A DNA stretch of 64,000 bases, taken from NCBI GenBank assembly GCA_964270895.1, contig OZ185437.1. One strand, written 5' to 3'. The notes under the pieces were generated by a model. The model saw nothing but the letters and a program-made list of their open reading frames with translations, was not told where the DNA came from and did not search any database. Numbering within the stretch: position 1 is the first letter of the stretch; each line of letters opens with the position of its first letter. Both the position numbers and the translations under genes were made by a program. Origin of the DNA: Podarcis filfolensis. Its lineage: Eukaryota. Positions 46,642 through 59,403 of the stretch are shown piece by piece.

Positions 46642-49600
46642 TCTTCCTTAACTCAGTTTTTTTGTCACTGTGTTAGATTGTAGAAGCTTAGCAATTCACT
46701 GCTTGTAATCTAACAGTGGAAAATTCACAGAGAAATGCAGTGATGTTCTATATTGGACAACATATTGCTTATCTTTGGGGAATTCCAGAAACACGAGGAA
46801 TCTTATGATAAACATGGCAGATGGGTGGAGTCCAAATATAATAACAATAACAATAATAATAGTTGTGGTTATTAAAGAAATGAAGATGGTTGTAATATTT
46901 CAAGGCTCTTACATTATCATGCACCACTGTTAACCCTATAGAGCAAGCAATTATGTCTTTTTTCATTGTATTCATTTTATTCATTACAGGGTAGTTTATT
47001 CAGCATTAACAGCACTTGCACTGAGGCTGGCAACTTTGAGCAAGCTGATGTCAGCGGTGAGATAGAAGTTGCCATCAGATATCTCTTCAAATCTGGCATT
47101 TTAGAGGTATATATCAGAGCCTGCAAGAACTTGGCTTATGGAGAGGAGAAAAAGAAAAAATGCAATCCGTAAGTTTGTCTAGGCTTATCTTTCCAAAGCC
47201 TGTGGCATGAAATTCTGATACAAGTAAAATTGGGGCTTGAAGCTTTGACTCCTGCAAACATCCCTCCCTCCTTCTTTGGAGTGGTTTTCAGTTTTCATAT
47301 AAATGGCTACCAAAAAGATGAGGTGGGATGACAACTAAAGCCTGTATGAAGGACAAGAGGCAAAGTGGGTCATGCTTCAACCAAGAATATTTATGTTGGA
47401 TGTTCACACTTAAAAATTGCATTGGACAATGGAACCAGACTGGGGAAATTGTTTGGTATAGACTTTTGTTGCTGTGTTATGGCCCTCTGTCAATTAAAAG
47501 AAAATAGGTAGATTATTTATATAGTTTACATAAAAGGGACCCCATCTCACTTTATTGGCCGAGGGAGCCAGCATACAGCTTCCGGGTCATGTGGCTAGCA
47601 TGACTAAGCTGCTTCTGGCGAACCAGAGCAGCGTATGGAAACGCCGTTTACCTTCCCGCCGGAGCGGTACCTATTTATCTACTTGCACTTTGATGTGCTT
47701 TCGAATTGCTAGGTGGGCAGGAGCTGGGACTGAGCAACAGGAGCTCACCCCGTCATGGTGATTCGAACTGCCAACCTTCTGATCAGCAAGCCCTAGGCTC
47801 TGTGGTTTAGGCCACAGCGCCACCCACGTCCCTCATAGTTAACATACATACATACATACATACATCAAGCAGAAGGGGAAAACAACTATTTCCCATGCTG
47901 TTCAGAAACCAGAGAGGTTACAGATCAATGCAGATATTTTAGTCACTTCTAGGTATGCTTGGATGTAGTTGCAGAAGTTTATTTCACTGCAAACTCTTAC
48001 TGACCATCAGGGGGCTACAGGCTGTTGTAATGATTTTAAGAAGTGAAACTGTAGAAATTACTTCCAGGGAAATGGATTTTTATCAAGTAGAGTCTAGCCT
48101 GGACTTTCCTGGAAGTACGTATCTTTTTGAGGATTGTTTAAGCCCAGAGAGCTTGAAAGCCCAGCCACAGACATTTTTACTTGGGCATAAGTTCCACTGA
48201 GTTCCATGGAGTTTACTCTGGAATAAGTGCTTAAGATTCTGACTTTAATTGCAAGGTTGTAGTCATGTTGAACCTCAAGAGCCCTTTCAACTCTTTGACT
48301 ATGCTAAAGCTAGGATTAAAGCAAGATGTTTTGCTTTTTAAGAAGCATGTGTGTAATGAGTAGCACTTGAGCTTCATGTTAAGTCATCCTTTGAGCAGAA
48401 TGGGGAAAGCATTCTGGAATTTCAAAACTGCCCTAACACTTTCCCAGGGTTTGGTGCTGAATCTGTTCCATTGCCAGGTGATCAAACGAGCCCTTCCAAA
48501 TGGACTTGGTCTTCATACAAACCTACAGGCCATCAAGATGATCATAATGCAAGTGTGGATGGCCATGAATAGGAGAAAGAGGAACAAAAGGAAGTTAAAT
48601 AAAATAACAACAGATTCAGAAATTGACTTTGCATTGCTGAGGGGAAAATCTTTTTTTTAAAAAAACAAATCTGTAGGGGAGGGGGCAGGCTTAATAAAAG
48701 GTTTGTATGATAGTGCTGAGTTGAGTAATAGCGGGGAATTCTGCACCTGCACACTTAAAAAAAAGAAAATCAGAGCTCCTCCAGATCAGTGGCTTCTGGT
48801 GTGTGAATATATTCTGCAACATGGCACTGATGCAAAAAGATGTGCATTAGTGGTGACTTTATACTGGACTTTCCACACTTCATTCTGCTTTATTAGTTAG
48901 AATCACATAATTGTAGAGTTGGAAGGGACCACAAGGGTCATCTAGTTCAACCCCTTGCAATGCAGGAATCTTTTGCCCAATGTTGGGGTTGAACCCACAA
49001 CCCTGAGATTAAGAGTCTCCTACTGTACTGACTGAATGTGATCCTGGGTGTGCATTATTGCCATTTAGAGGAGCCCTCTTACACTGTAACTCAATGAAAG
49101 CAGGACAAAATAACAACCACTTTGGGTTATTTTGTGGTACGAAAAGTTACAGGATTTCAGCAGGAAACTATGGGGTGTACAAGACTGGAAATGAAGCAGT
49201 ATGTCTGCCCCAAAACATTTGGCAGCATAAGCAGTATTAAAAGGGGGTTTGCATATAACTGCTCCAATAGCATCATAGGCACAAATCATCATGGATGCAC
49301 AAGAATTCCCTCAGTGGTAGCTGGGGGTAATCTTCTATTCTTCCTCAGGTGCAAAAGACTACATTTTGAAGGCTCAGAAAATGTAATATTTATGGAACAG
49401 CTAGCTTGAGGGAATATATATTGATGTGTGCAGCTAACAATAAGCTGATAATGTAGAAAGGCCTAGAATGCTCCAAGGAAAACATATATCAGTAAATGCT
49501 ACAGAGATTAAGTAGTAGGAAGCACGTGGTTTCATTTCCTCTCCCTCTCTTTCTTCGGCTCTTAACTGCTGTTTCCATCTCTGATTGCAAGGTACATCAA

Positions 49601-52600
49601 GACTCGCTTGCTGCCTGATAAATCTTCTCAGAGTAAACGGAAGACCTCTGTGAAAAAGAACACATTGGATCCAACCTTCCAAGAAACATTAAAGGTACCC
49701 TAAGCAACATTTATAATCCAGATTTCTACGTTCCCCACTCTCACCCTCGCTCTTGTGCACAGCTAAACTCCTGCTTTTAGTGGATCTAGAAGCAGAGCTT
49801 CCTGCGAAGGAGATATCAATGGTGCTTAACTAAAAGATGAAACCACATATAAAATTGATAGCAGTCACCCAGTTAAAGCATTTAAACAGTTCAGCAGTAG
49901 GTTAAAATAAACATTTGGCCCACAGCCCTCACCTGAATGCCTTTGTGAAGAGATTGTGAATCATATCTCCAAAAGAAGTTCCATTACTGAGGCATTGCCA
50001 TGGAGAAGATCCTATCCTATAGCTCTATACATGGGGCTGTGCCCATCAATGGGGCCATGAGAAGGGCCTTCCCTATATCTGGCCAAATAGGCGTATATAG
50101 GAGGAGGCTATCCTTTAAGTGTTTGGGACCTAAGTCAATATATGCTATCGTTAGTAACTTGAATTGAACCCAGTAGTGAATAGGCAACCAGCACAACCTC
50201 TGAAGGACAGGTGTAATATGTTTTTGGCTGTTCATACCACAGAGTAGCCTAGTGGCAGCATTCTGCACTAGCTGCAGCTTCTGGACCATCTTCAGAGATT
50301 GCACCATGTAGAACACATTGCAGAAGTCTAACCTAGCAGTCACTAGAACATGGGCCACTGTGTGGCTAAGCTATCTTGACCCAGGAAGGGGCGCTGTTGG
50401 TGAATTGGCCAGAGTCGGCAATAGGCACTACTAGCCATGGAAGCCACTTGGGTCTCAAGTGACAAAGCTGGATCAAGAAGTACCCCCAAGTTATGGACCT
50501 GCTTCTCCAGAAGGAGTTTAACCACATCCTGACAGGTTTATTCCCCGATTTCCCACCAAAAGTGCCTCCATCTTGTTTGGATTCACCTTCAGTTTATTGG
50601 CCTTCATCCAGCCCATTAGTACCTCCAGATACCACCACAGCACTTGCACAGATTCACTGCATAACTTGGATTGATTGAGCTTGGGTATCATCAGTATACT
50701 GATATATTTCCAATATATCAGAATCAGCCTGGCCTTTAAATAGCTCTATTAAAATAGCTGCCTGTCTTCTGAATTATGGTGTGGCCAAAGCTATATAGAC
50801 TGCACTTGAAAAAATCCTAACCAAAATAAGGTTGTGTATTGTTCAAAGGACAACTATTTGCTTTTAAGAGCCTGAGCAAATGTCTCTTCTTTCAAAGGTT
50901 AAAGGAAGTGAATCATGATTTGGATGGAATATTTATGAAGTTGAAAGGAATTAAAATCTATTGTGCCAGCTTCCTCTTTTCACAATGAATGTCTCAAACA
51001 TTGCTGTTTGAACTTGCTAACTTAAAAAAAATATCCAACTGTTACATTAAAAGGCATTATGAAAAGTCAGTACCACTAGCTGTTGCTGTGATGCATCAGT
51101 GCAGTGTTTCAGGATACTCATCCTTATATCATAGAGGGAGGGAATTGTACTTGATTTCTGAACTTTCAGAATATATTTGCATGCTTTGATGCTGATTAAG
51201 TACATGGGCAGATTTCTTTTAAAACATTAACTGACTCACCAGGTGAGTAGACCACAATGGGTTGATCTTACTGGAGCACAGCACTCATTTATCTTTAATA
51301 GCTATACAGCAGAGGGAATTCCTTCATTAATCTGGCAGATTTTAATGCTGCAACTTCATAAAAATATGTTAGTCTTATGCATTGCACTGTGGTACTTTTG
51401 ATGCTTACAGTACAAGATTGAATACTCGCAGCTGGAAACTCGACAACTGCAAATATCTGTATGGCATGCTGGAACTTTTAGACATCGAGTATTCCTTGGA
51501 GAAGTGGTGATCCCATTTGAATCTTGGGATTTTGAAGACAGTTCAACTCAGTCATTCAACTGGTATCAACTCAAAGCAAAGGTGACTCCAGCTTTGTATT
51601 AGNNNNNNNNNNNNNNNNNNNNNNNNNNNNNNNNNNNNNNNNNNNNNNNNNNNNNNNNNNNNNNNNNNNNNNNNNNNNNNNNNNNNNNNNNNNNNNNNNN
51701 NNNNNNNNNNNNNNNNNNNNNNNNNNNNNNNNACAGTGTATGCTTTTAAATCCCAACATTCTGATGCAAACTTACTTTGTCCACTATAATGAGATGGATA
51801 GTGTCATCAAAGAAATTGATTAAGTCTTTAGACATTCATCCTGATAGCTGAGTCACCTCGAGTCACCTGCTAACCTGTCACTATATTTTTAACAAAAAGA
51901 AAATTATGGATCCGTGGTCTTGCCCTAGATGAAAGTTTAGCTGCTTATTTAGTTTTATAGTATGGGGTCACTGAAATATGAGATCAGTTATTCCTGTTAG
52001 TGTCTAATAACTGTGATTATTGCAGGTAGACTTTCAGACTTGACCTGTTTTATCATTTGAGAATAATATCACAAGTGATTATATGAATTAATTATGAGAA
52101 GAGAGGAAAGGCACAGGGCAATCACAAGCTGTCAACTATGTTTGTGTGTATTCTTCTCTCAACTTCTGTATAGCCCGAAAAGCCTGGAGATAATGTACTC
52201 CAGTACAGTGGAGAACTTCTGGTGCGTGCAAAGCTGGTTTCACCTTCCCTACGTAACAAGTTCCAATATGGTGAGCATGGGAAAGAAAATACAAAGCACC
52301 GTATGTATTAACTTTGCTATTAAAACTCTGTGTCAGTTTATGTAAAGTCCTCAAAAGTGACATTCACTTGTTTAGGGATCGCCAACCTTTTTGGGCCAGT
52401 GGACATATTTGGAATTTTAAGGAAAGTTTGTAGGCACCGGTCACAAAATGGCTGCTGTGGAGTGTGTGACAAAACACAAAATGACTGTCATGGGGCACAG
52501 CAACAACACATATACTCAGCCCTCTGTCCCTGGGTCTTAGGTTTTTATCACACTAGGGATTTAGACTGCCAAATAGCTCTTGCATAGCATTCACCATTTG

Positions 52601-54548
52601 TGATGTGGCTTCTAGCAGTGTTGATGATTCTATGGATTATGATGGAAGTCATTAGTCTTAATTCATCTCTGGCACAGGACTTGCCCTACTATCAGACAGA
52701 ATAAGGCAACTGCCTAAAGTGGGTGATTCTGAGTGCTGTGTGTGGGTGCAGGCACCCACTTTTTTTTATTTGCTGTCCCCGCACTAAACTATTTAGGGAG
52801 CAATCCAAACCCTTGACTAGCAGTAGTAGGTCTCAATGGAGTAGCCTAGCCATCACTGTTTCACTGCTGGCACTGGAAGGTGGGTGGGGTCAGGAAAAAT
52901 ACTATGCCAGCTCCTGGCTGGTACAGCAAAGAGACCCAGATCAGGACTGTTCCTGACAGCAGCAGGGCCCGCTCAAGATCCAGCACATCCTGTGCCTGCC
53001 CAGCCCGTCCCTTTCTCTCCACACTCCTGCAGCACTCTGTTTCTGGAATCTCCACTGTCTGCCATTTGGGAGGGCACATTGGAGTGTTCCTCATCAACAA
53101 AACTCTCTTGCCAGTGGTGGGGCTATATGAAAGGACACTTCCACTCCAAACCTCCCTCTAGCATGGCAGATTGGGGGTTTGGAGAGCTGTGTTAGTCTGT
53201 AAGACATTGTAGCATTTTGGTCTTCTTTTCATAATCTCCTTGCTCACAGTAATGGCAGCTGATAGCACCTAGACATTTTACCCTAAACACTGTGATGACT
53301 CTCTGCTGGTTTCTGCCCTCTTTCAGGGATGGAAGAAAGAGCACATCCTGAGTACCAGCTTCAACTTCTAGTTCTTGGAGCCCACAACTTGCCTATGCTA
53401 AGACCTGATGGCCTATTGAACACATTTGTTAAAGGGTATGGTTTGCAATGGTGTTTAAAATGTAATTGTTTTATTATTTATCATGCATTAAACTTTTTGA
53501 AAGTTAGTTTAAGAGAAAACCTTATATGTAAAATCAGGTAACTGTTAAGTGTGTGCAGCTTAATCTTATGCTCAACAAACCACTGGTACACCCTTTGCAA
53601 TTCTTCTCATTTCAGTGGGAATAGTTAAGTATGGGCTTAAATATCTCCTGTCAAAATGATGGCGTTAAAGCTGTTTAACTATAGCTGGATTGTAGACATT
53701 ATCATCTGCATGGCAGAATATTTCTGGGCATCACAGAGTGAGCCCAAGATTGGTCCAATTCTGTGAGTTGGGTTTAAAATGCAAAAAGATATAGTGACCA
53801 TGGTGGTTAGCTTGTAGTTGACAGATGACTGAGATGGAGGAAGTAAAAATATGTACAAGATAAGAATGTTATATCAATTGGCAGCATCGCCTTCTCACCA
53901 AAAAGGCCTTGAAGATAAAGGTGTGATCAAGGTTGAAATCTTCAGTTGGCTAGTAACTGTAAGTGATGCAAAATGTAGCTGCCTTCTTCCTGCAAAGAGA
54001 GTTGCCAGGAGGATGCAGCTTCATTCTTCCAGAGGCTGGATTCCTTTCTAGTCCCATGCATGTCAGGTCCTGATTTTGGCCAAAAGGCTGGCAGACATGC
54101 ATTTCTAAGACACGCCGGCCTTGTCTGTATGGGAGAATATAAAGAGGAGACTGTTCACAGCCTTGGTATTCCCTTCCTCCCAGACTTAGTTTGGCCAATT
54201 TAAACATGTATAACAGAATCCTGACACTTTCTTTGAAAAAAGGAAAGAAAAACAATTGGGCATAGCTAATGATGCAGTAGAATGAGGAGGTACTTAACTC
54301 TTTTCTTGCCTGCTGCTTTTCACTGCAAAATCCCCCTGAAGCTACTTGTCATGAAAGGCAAAGAGCTTTTGCCAAGAGATGGGGGATGATGTGCACTGTA
54401 CTGTGGCACAGGAATGGTACCTGTCCATGCAGGTCCCTTGTGTGCTACCCCTGGGGAAATGGTTAGAAGCAGTAATACTGGCCAGTAAGAATTGTAGTGA
54501 TTAGCAGCCCCAAAATGGTACAGCCTCATAACTGCCAAAGTCAAGAAG

Positions 54549-54621
<73 letters not shown>

Positions 54622-57600
54622 TGTGTGTGTATGGATGAGGGACAAGACCTTAGTTCGGGAGGGGGAAACTGGATCCAGCCAGGGACCAGATGCTTCATCT
54701 GGCCCCTCCCTGTGGACCAGCATTAACTTACAAAAGGCCCTGCCCACCTGTCAAAGTTCAAAGGGGCTCCCTGTACTGGTAGTTAGTACAGTTAGTACAG
54801 CCTGATGGGCTGGGATCAACTGATCAGTTGACTGATGTTGTCAGTAAACCCAACATGCAAAGGAGCAGTCAAGAGCTCACGTTAAGCTCATGGTTCTTCT
54901 TTTGTGGCCATGCCCTTATCTGCCCACCCAATGTCATTTATGACGTCATGTGCAGGGCAGGTAGGCAAGGTTTGGTGAAAAGCTGCAAAACTGCCTCTCT
55001 GGCCAAATTGCAATCTGTGCCAGGTTTAATTATGCCCATGCACTGAAGGTTCCTTACCCCTGCTTTATTCAAAGCCTCCTATGGTAAAAACAGAAAGACC
55101 AACAGAATTGAAGGAGCATAAGGTATTTTATAAAACGTTCCTGAAGTAATTCAAGAAGAGTAGCTACGTTAGTTAGTCAGTGGCAAGAAAAAAATGGCAT
55201 TGTATTTTGGTACCTTAACAATTCATGAATTGTAGTATGAACCTTTGTAGGCTAGCGCCTGCTTCATTTGATGCCTGCATTAATTGTATCTCAAGCCTCG
55301 ATAAATGTCAGACTTCAAGGTGCCATGAGATACTGGTTTGTTCTGCAAAGTAGGGGCAGAGTTCAGTCAAAGTTGAGCACTTTAAAGTCCCTGTTGCTTT
55401 CAAATGGGGCATGCTCAACTTCCTCACTGAAATCAAGGAGACTGAAAATGCATAACTTTAGCTGGATTGTGCCCTCACCTTTTCCCTGTCATAAATCTCA
55501 CTGAATGGTTTCTAACTTTCTCTTTGGGAAGCTGCCTTTGCATCCTGGGGCAACGTGACTTAAAACAAAGGACTCCTGTGCTGAAGAAACAAGCCCAGCC
55601 ACAATGGAACCACTTGTTTGTCTTTAATGGGGTTACCGCATCTCAGCTGCAGCAATCTTGTCTGGACTTAACTGTCTGGGATCAAGCATCGTTTGGTTTA
55701 CGTGATCAGTTCTTGGGCGGTGCAAGACTCGGAAAACGTAAGTGGAAAAAATGAGACTTTCGTGCTGAGAGATATCGCAATCACCCCACATAGCACAGTG
55801 TTGCATTAGGGATAATGTAAAGGAGGTGGAGACAGAAGACCTAGGAGTTCCATAGATCAAATCTCGCCTTGGCTATGACTTCACTGGGTTCTCCCCCATC
55901 TATAATGTAATGGTATAATATCATCAGTCTACACAGTGCACAACTCTTGTAAGGTTTACTAAAATGATGGCTATGAAACGCTTTAGGAAAACAGCACAAC
56001 TCACGTTAGATAATTTTTCAAAGGCTTGAAATGACTGTCGTGGGTTGGGCTGAGGAACCTGTAGCCCTCTAGAAGTTGCTGGAGTATGCTATTGAGAGTT
56101 CAAGAGTCCTGCAACATCTGGAAGACCCCAGGTTCCTCACCCCAGCTCAACACGTGTGTTGAATTAAGTAATTCAACTTAAGTATTGTGTTTATGCAGAG
56201 CTTCAAGTCTGTTCAGAGCATATCACATACATTATCTTCCTGTAATTTGTACAGCACCCATGTAAAGAGAGGGCAGTTTTATCTTCATTTTGAGGAGTGG
56301 GGGGTCTGAGTTTGGTCTTAGTGAATTTATGACATTCAAACCAGGGGTGACTTGATTCATAGCTCAGTTTGTGAACTACCCTGCCCATACATACATGAAA
56401 GGGAAGTGGGACCAGAGATCCACAGCCCCATTTCATTTAAATATCTACACAGAGTAGTCCCATTGCCATAGCTGCATTGAGGAGATACCATATGAGCTGG
56501 AGCATTCATGCAGATGCTCAGTCCTTTGGAAGCCTCACTTAAATAATAACTCCCTCAAAAAGTGGTGAAGTTAAAAATTGCATCTGATGGGCTTCAGGAG
56601 TCCACACACTAATGTGAATGCTCTGGTTTATTATATGATATTTTCTCCCTGCAGCAGGACCATTTTGTGTGATGAATTTTTAAACAGGAAATAGGGCATG
56701 TAAGTCCACCATACTACCTTAAAAGGAAGCTTTGGAGAACACACTGATAGCCACCCTATTGGTCCCTGGCACAGCCAATCAACACAAGCATTGGAACTTT
56801 GCCTCCTGGCCCAGTTAGAACATACAGTATACTAGGAGGATGTCACAGGGGAACGCCAACATCCCCCATAGTTCACTATGGAAGCACTTCACATGTTGAG
56901 AACCACTGACCTAGTTGCTGCTTGCTGAATTAATTCTCTGTTTTTCCTTGTTTTGGCTCTCCTCAGTTTGTCATAAAAGCCTTCTCTTTGGCAAACAATC
57001 AAAGGGACAAAGCAATGCTGACACGTCATTAGCAACACTAATTGGAATTGCTCGCAGCAGGCGTTGTATCCTGCTAAGCTTTCCCTGTGGCAAGCCATTA
57101 TTTTTCTCAGTGTCAAAGACCCATCTAATTAAAAGCTGGACAGACACACAAAAAATATAGCAGGACCAGCAAACTACTCCAAAACCCAGTTCAACTGCAA
57201 AAGATCATTTCGTAAACTGCATAGAATCTGATAGTTTATTTAAAAATGTATACATCTCTTGTAAATGAGTGAGAACTACTGCATTTGTTATAAAGGTATT
57301 GTTACATGCCAGCCCAATTGCCAAGCAGTGCGAGATTCCAGGGGTTCCAGGCATGCTTACCGAAGGTTCATGTTTCGGGAATGAGGCACATGGTGCCTTT
57401 ATGTTATATGGTTTAATTCCACATATATACAACCTGACCCTATGATGGAGGGGTTCCCAGCATTATACTTCAAGAGGCTCTTGCTTCCTCCATAGGTGCA
57501 TCTTAGGAGTCAGACATCAGCCATGGCTCTCTGCCTGCCTGCAGCTTTTCTTCAATTTCTGCACACATAACTTCCCAGAGACATCACTCTTAACTCTTGC

Positions 57601-59403
57601 TACTGCAAGCCCTCTTTATCTGTTGATCTATTTGCCATCTTACACAAAGTTCATTTGATCCATTGGCTTTTGGAATGACTCATACCCCCACCCCCAGCCT
57701 AAGATGATTTTCTGGACAAGGGAAATTTGTTGTTGTTGTTTAGTCGTTTAGTCGTGTCCGACTCTTCGTGACCCCGTGGACCAGAGAATGCCAGGCACAC
57801 CTGTCTTCCACTGCCTCCCGCAGTTTGGTCAAACTCATGTTAGTAGCTTTGAGAACACTGTCCAACCATCTCGTCCTCTGTCGTCCCCTTCTCCTTGTGC
57901 CCTCCATCTTTCCCAACATCAGGGTCTTTTCCAGGGAGTGTTCTCTTCTCATGAGGTGGCCAAAGTATTGGAGCCTCAGCTTCATGATCTGTCCTAGTGA
58001 GCACTCAGGGCTGATTTCCTTAAGAATGGATAGGTTTGATCTTCTTGCAGCCCATGGGACTCTCAAGAGTCTCCTCCACGACCATAATTCAAAAATGGGA
58101 AATTTAGCCTATCTTAATTAGTTCTCATCACTTGTTAATTCCAGGGGATAGCATTTTCCAGCACACAATTTAATACACACAGGTCTGTCTTAACACTTCA
58201 AGCATTGATTAATTTCTAATGTTTGGTTGATCTGGAGATTATAGTGGTCTAGCACCCACCAACTCATAACAATAGATAGTGCAAGAGGAATCTTTCAATA
58301 GATTATACTCAACAATGATCCACACAGCTGGCCAATTGTACTCTAATTCTGGAGCCCCCAACATGGTGCCCGTGGGCATCATGGCATCCCCAGACCCCCT
58401 GCCATTTCTTTTGAAAACATTTTTGGAGCTCCTTTCCAGCTTTTAAATCTTGCTGGAAAGAGAAGTGCAGGCCTCCAGCTGCCCTGCGCTCTTCCTTTCC
58501 ACACCCCAGATTGCATGTTGTTTAATTGGAAGGGGGGGGGCGAGAGAGAGGTCCCTGGTATTTTGGCTGCTTTTTATTGTTTAACTTGCTTTTTGTTTGC
58601 CCGTTTCTTCTGCTTATTTGGAGTGTGCATGAATATTTTTCTTCACTGAGTATCACCAGTTTTTTCTCCGGCAAAATGATATTTTGTGGTGCCAGGGATT
58701 CCCATTATTTTGGTCCTGGAATTTTAAAAGATTGAGGACCCTTGCTTTGAGTGTGTGTTTCCACTGTGTACTTGCACCATGCAAAAGAGACCCATTGACC
58801 AGATAAATGCATGAAGCAGCCTGAATCTCAGTACTCAAAACTTTGTAGGAACAAATTTCAGAGAGCTGGTTCTGAATGTACTGTCTTCAAAGGACATGGT
58901 TTCAGGAAAGGGCTTTGTAGAATGTAAACATGTTTAAAGCACAAAGTTTTATTTGTCACATATAAATAGATGTGACATCTCTGCAAAGGGGGTTGGAAGA
59001 GTAGACTGAACTTTTTGCTCTGTTTCCAAAGTTTGCATGTAAGATAAACAAAGAAACTGCTAGTCTGACTCTCACACCCCAGATATGCTCTGTTTTGCAA
59101 ACATAATGGTATCTATTGAAACTCAAGATGTGAGGAGCCTTTGCCTAATTCTTGATTGTAATTCATGTACTGCATTCTATCAGGACATGAGGTGTTAGGT
59201 TTTCTTAACAAAATGAGAGCTATTAAATGGACAAAGTCAAGATGAGTCACTTTCCCTTTCTTATGTTTCCAGAAACATCAACCGGTACAGTGGATGCAAC
59301 CTCCCAAGCATGTCTTCAGTGGGAAAAGATGCTCAGCAGTCCAGACACATGGACAGACTTAGCACTTTCACTGTATCCTAATGCTCCCGCCTTTAAATTC
59401 TGA
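33831..59403 (+). CDS. SYTL3: Synaptotagmin-like protein 3 (Slp3; Rab27-binding SHD with Zn finger plus C2A/C2B), complete, 613 aa
   Basis: Exons: 33831-33940, 34714-34923, 35872-35936, 38527-38581, 41576-41642, 42770-42842, 45688-45815, 46315-46452, 46990-47168, 49592-49694, 51411-51581, 52174-52270, 53327-53435, 55532-55737, 59273-59403 (TGA). Total 1842 nt, in frame. Motifs: [13 protein letters not shown], four CxxC pairs, [56 protein letters not shown]. Exon 46315-46452 is the least conserved and was placed by splice sites and phase. Confidence 0.95.
36165..36315 (+). mobile_element. Degenerate L2 3' end
   Basis: caggcctt...tgttgtgaactgcct...gatgaagggcattatacaaatttaat plus A-rich tail. 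Confidence 0.5.
37940..38235 (+). mobile_element. Degenerate L2 3' end
   Basis: gcttccctgtttgtgg...ttcaggaggaatttgaagacattcttgtttactcaggcattt ... gccaccctgggctcctttgggaggaagggtggaatgtaaat. Confidence 0.6.
38791..39012 (+). mobile_element. tRNA-derived CORE/MIR-like SINE (Squam3-like)
   Basis: A box tagtggttag, B box ggttcaaatcc, core gtgaccttagggcagtcacagtctctcaacctagcctacctcacagggttgttgtga, A-rich tail. Confidence 0.75.
39073..39234. other. Assembly gap (162 N)
   Basis: Run of N. Confidence 1.
39883..39970. mobile_element. hAT (Charlie-like) terminal fragment
   Basis: CAGGCCTGTCCAACCGGTTGATCGCGATCTACC with repeated gatc subterminal motifs. The other end was not located. Confidence 0.45.
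43873..44121 (+). mobile_element. Sauria SINE, 5'-truncated
   Basis: tagcagtttgaaag...gtagataaataggtacc...gggaaggtaaac...catgctggccacatgacc...ttacctttacc tail. Confidence 0.85.
44457..44600. mobile_element. hAT MITE, 144 bp
   Basis: TIRs CAGTGCTTTTTTCT / AGAAAAACACTG with perfect 8-bp TSD AATGTGAC (44449-44456, 44601-44608). Confidence 0.85.
46613..46639. repeat. (AC)n microsatellite
   Basis: Direct reading. Similar tracts at about 35160-35181 and 43748-43764. Confidence 0.9.
47533..47832 (-). mobile_element. Sauria SINE, antisense, with an internal deletion near the 3' end
   Basis: Reverse complement of the GGGACGTGGGTGGCGCTGTGG head at 47832. Near-perfect 12-bp TSD ATAGTTTACATA (47521-47532) / ATAGTTAACATA (47835-47846). 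Confidence 0.9.
48899..49035 (-). mobile_element. tRNA-Lys(CTT)-derived SINE with CR1 3' tail
   Basis: Minus strand 49035-48975 reads TCAGTCAGTACAGTAGGAGACTCTTAATCTCAGGGTTGTGGGTTCAACCCCAACATTGGGC, close to vertebrate tRNA-Lys-CTT. It is followed by aaaagattcctgcattgc...cccttccaactctacaatt, the same tail as the CR1 copies. Confidence 0.85.
49905..50705 (-). mobile_element. L2 LINE ORF2 (reverse transcriptase) fragment, disrupted
   Basis: Minus-strand peptides YQYTDDTQ (about 50680-50703), [16 protein letters not shown] and [10 protein letters not shown]...[13 protein letters not shown]...[23 protein letters not shown], characteristic of L2/CR1-group RT C-termini. Confidence 0.85.
51603..51732. 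other. Assembly gap (130 N)
   Basis: Run of N starting 22 nt after the SYTL3 exon that ends at 51581. Confidence 1.
54554..54630. repeat. Compound (TC)n(GT)n microsatellite
   Basis: Direct reading. Confidence 0.95.
57729..58096 (-). mobile_element. Bov-B (RTE) LINE, 5'-truncated 3' fragment
   Basis: ORF 58066-57740 ([22 protein letters not shown]...[41 protein letters not shown]...[12 protein letters not shown]), (CAA)n tail, 9-bp TSD GGGAAATTT (57720-57728, 58097-58105). Confidence 0.92.

Noticed and set aside
48975-49035. Apparent tRNA-Lys(CTT) gene
   Set aside because: The 5' acceptor strand is missing, the D and T arms are mutated, and it is fused to a CR1 tail. It is a SINE head, not a functional tRNA.
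54497-54805. ORFs with SLSLSL/VCVCVC or ERERER/THTHTH runs
   Set aside because: These are translations of the (TC)n(GT)n microsatellite. Likewise the poly-Ile ORF at 19534-19839 comes from (ATT)n.
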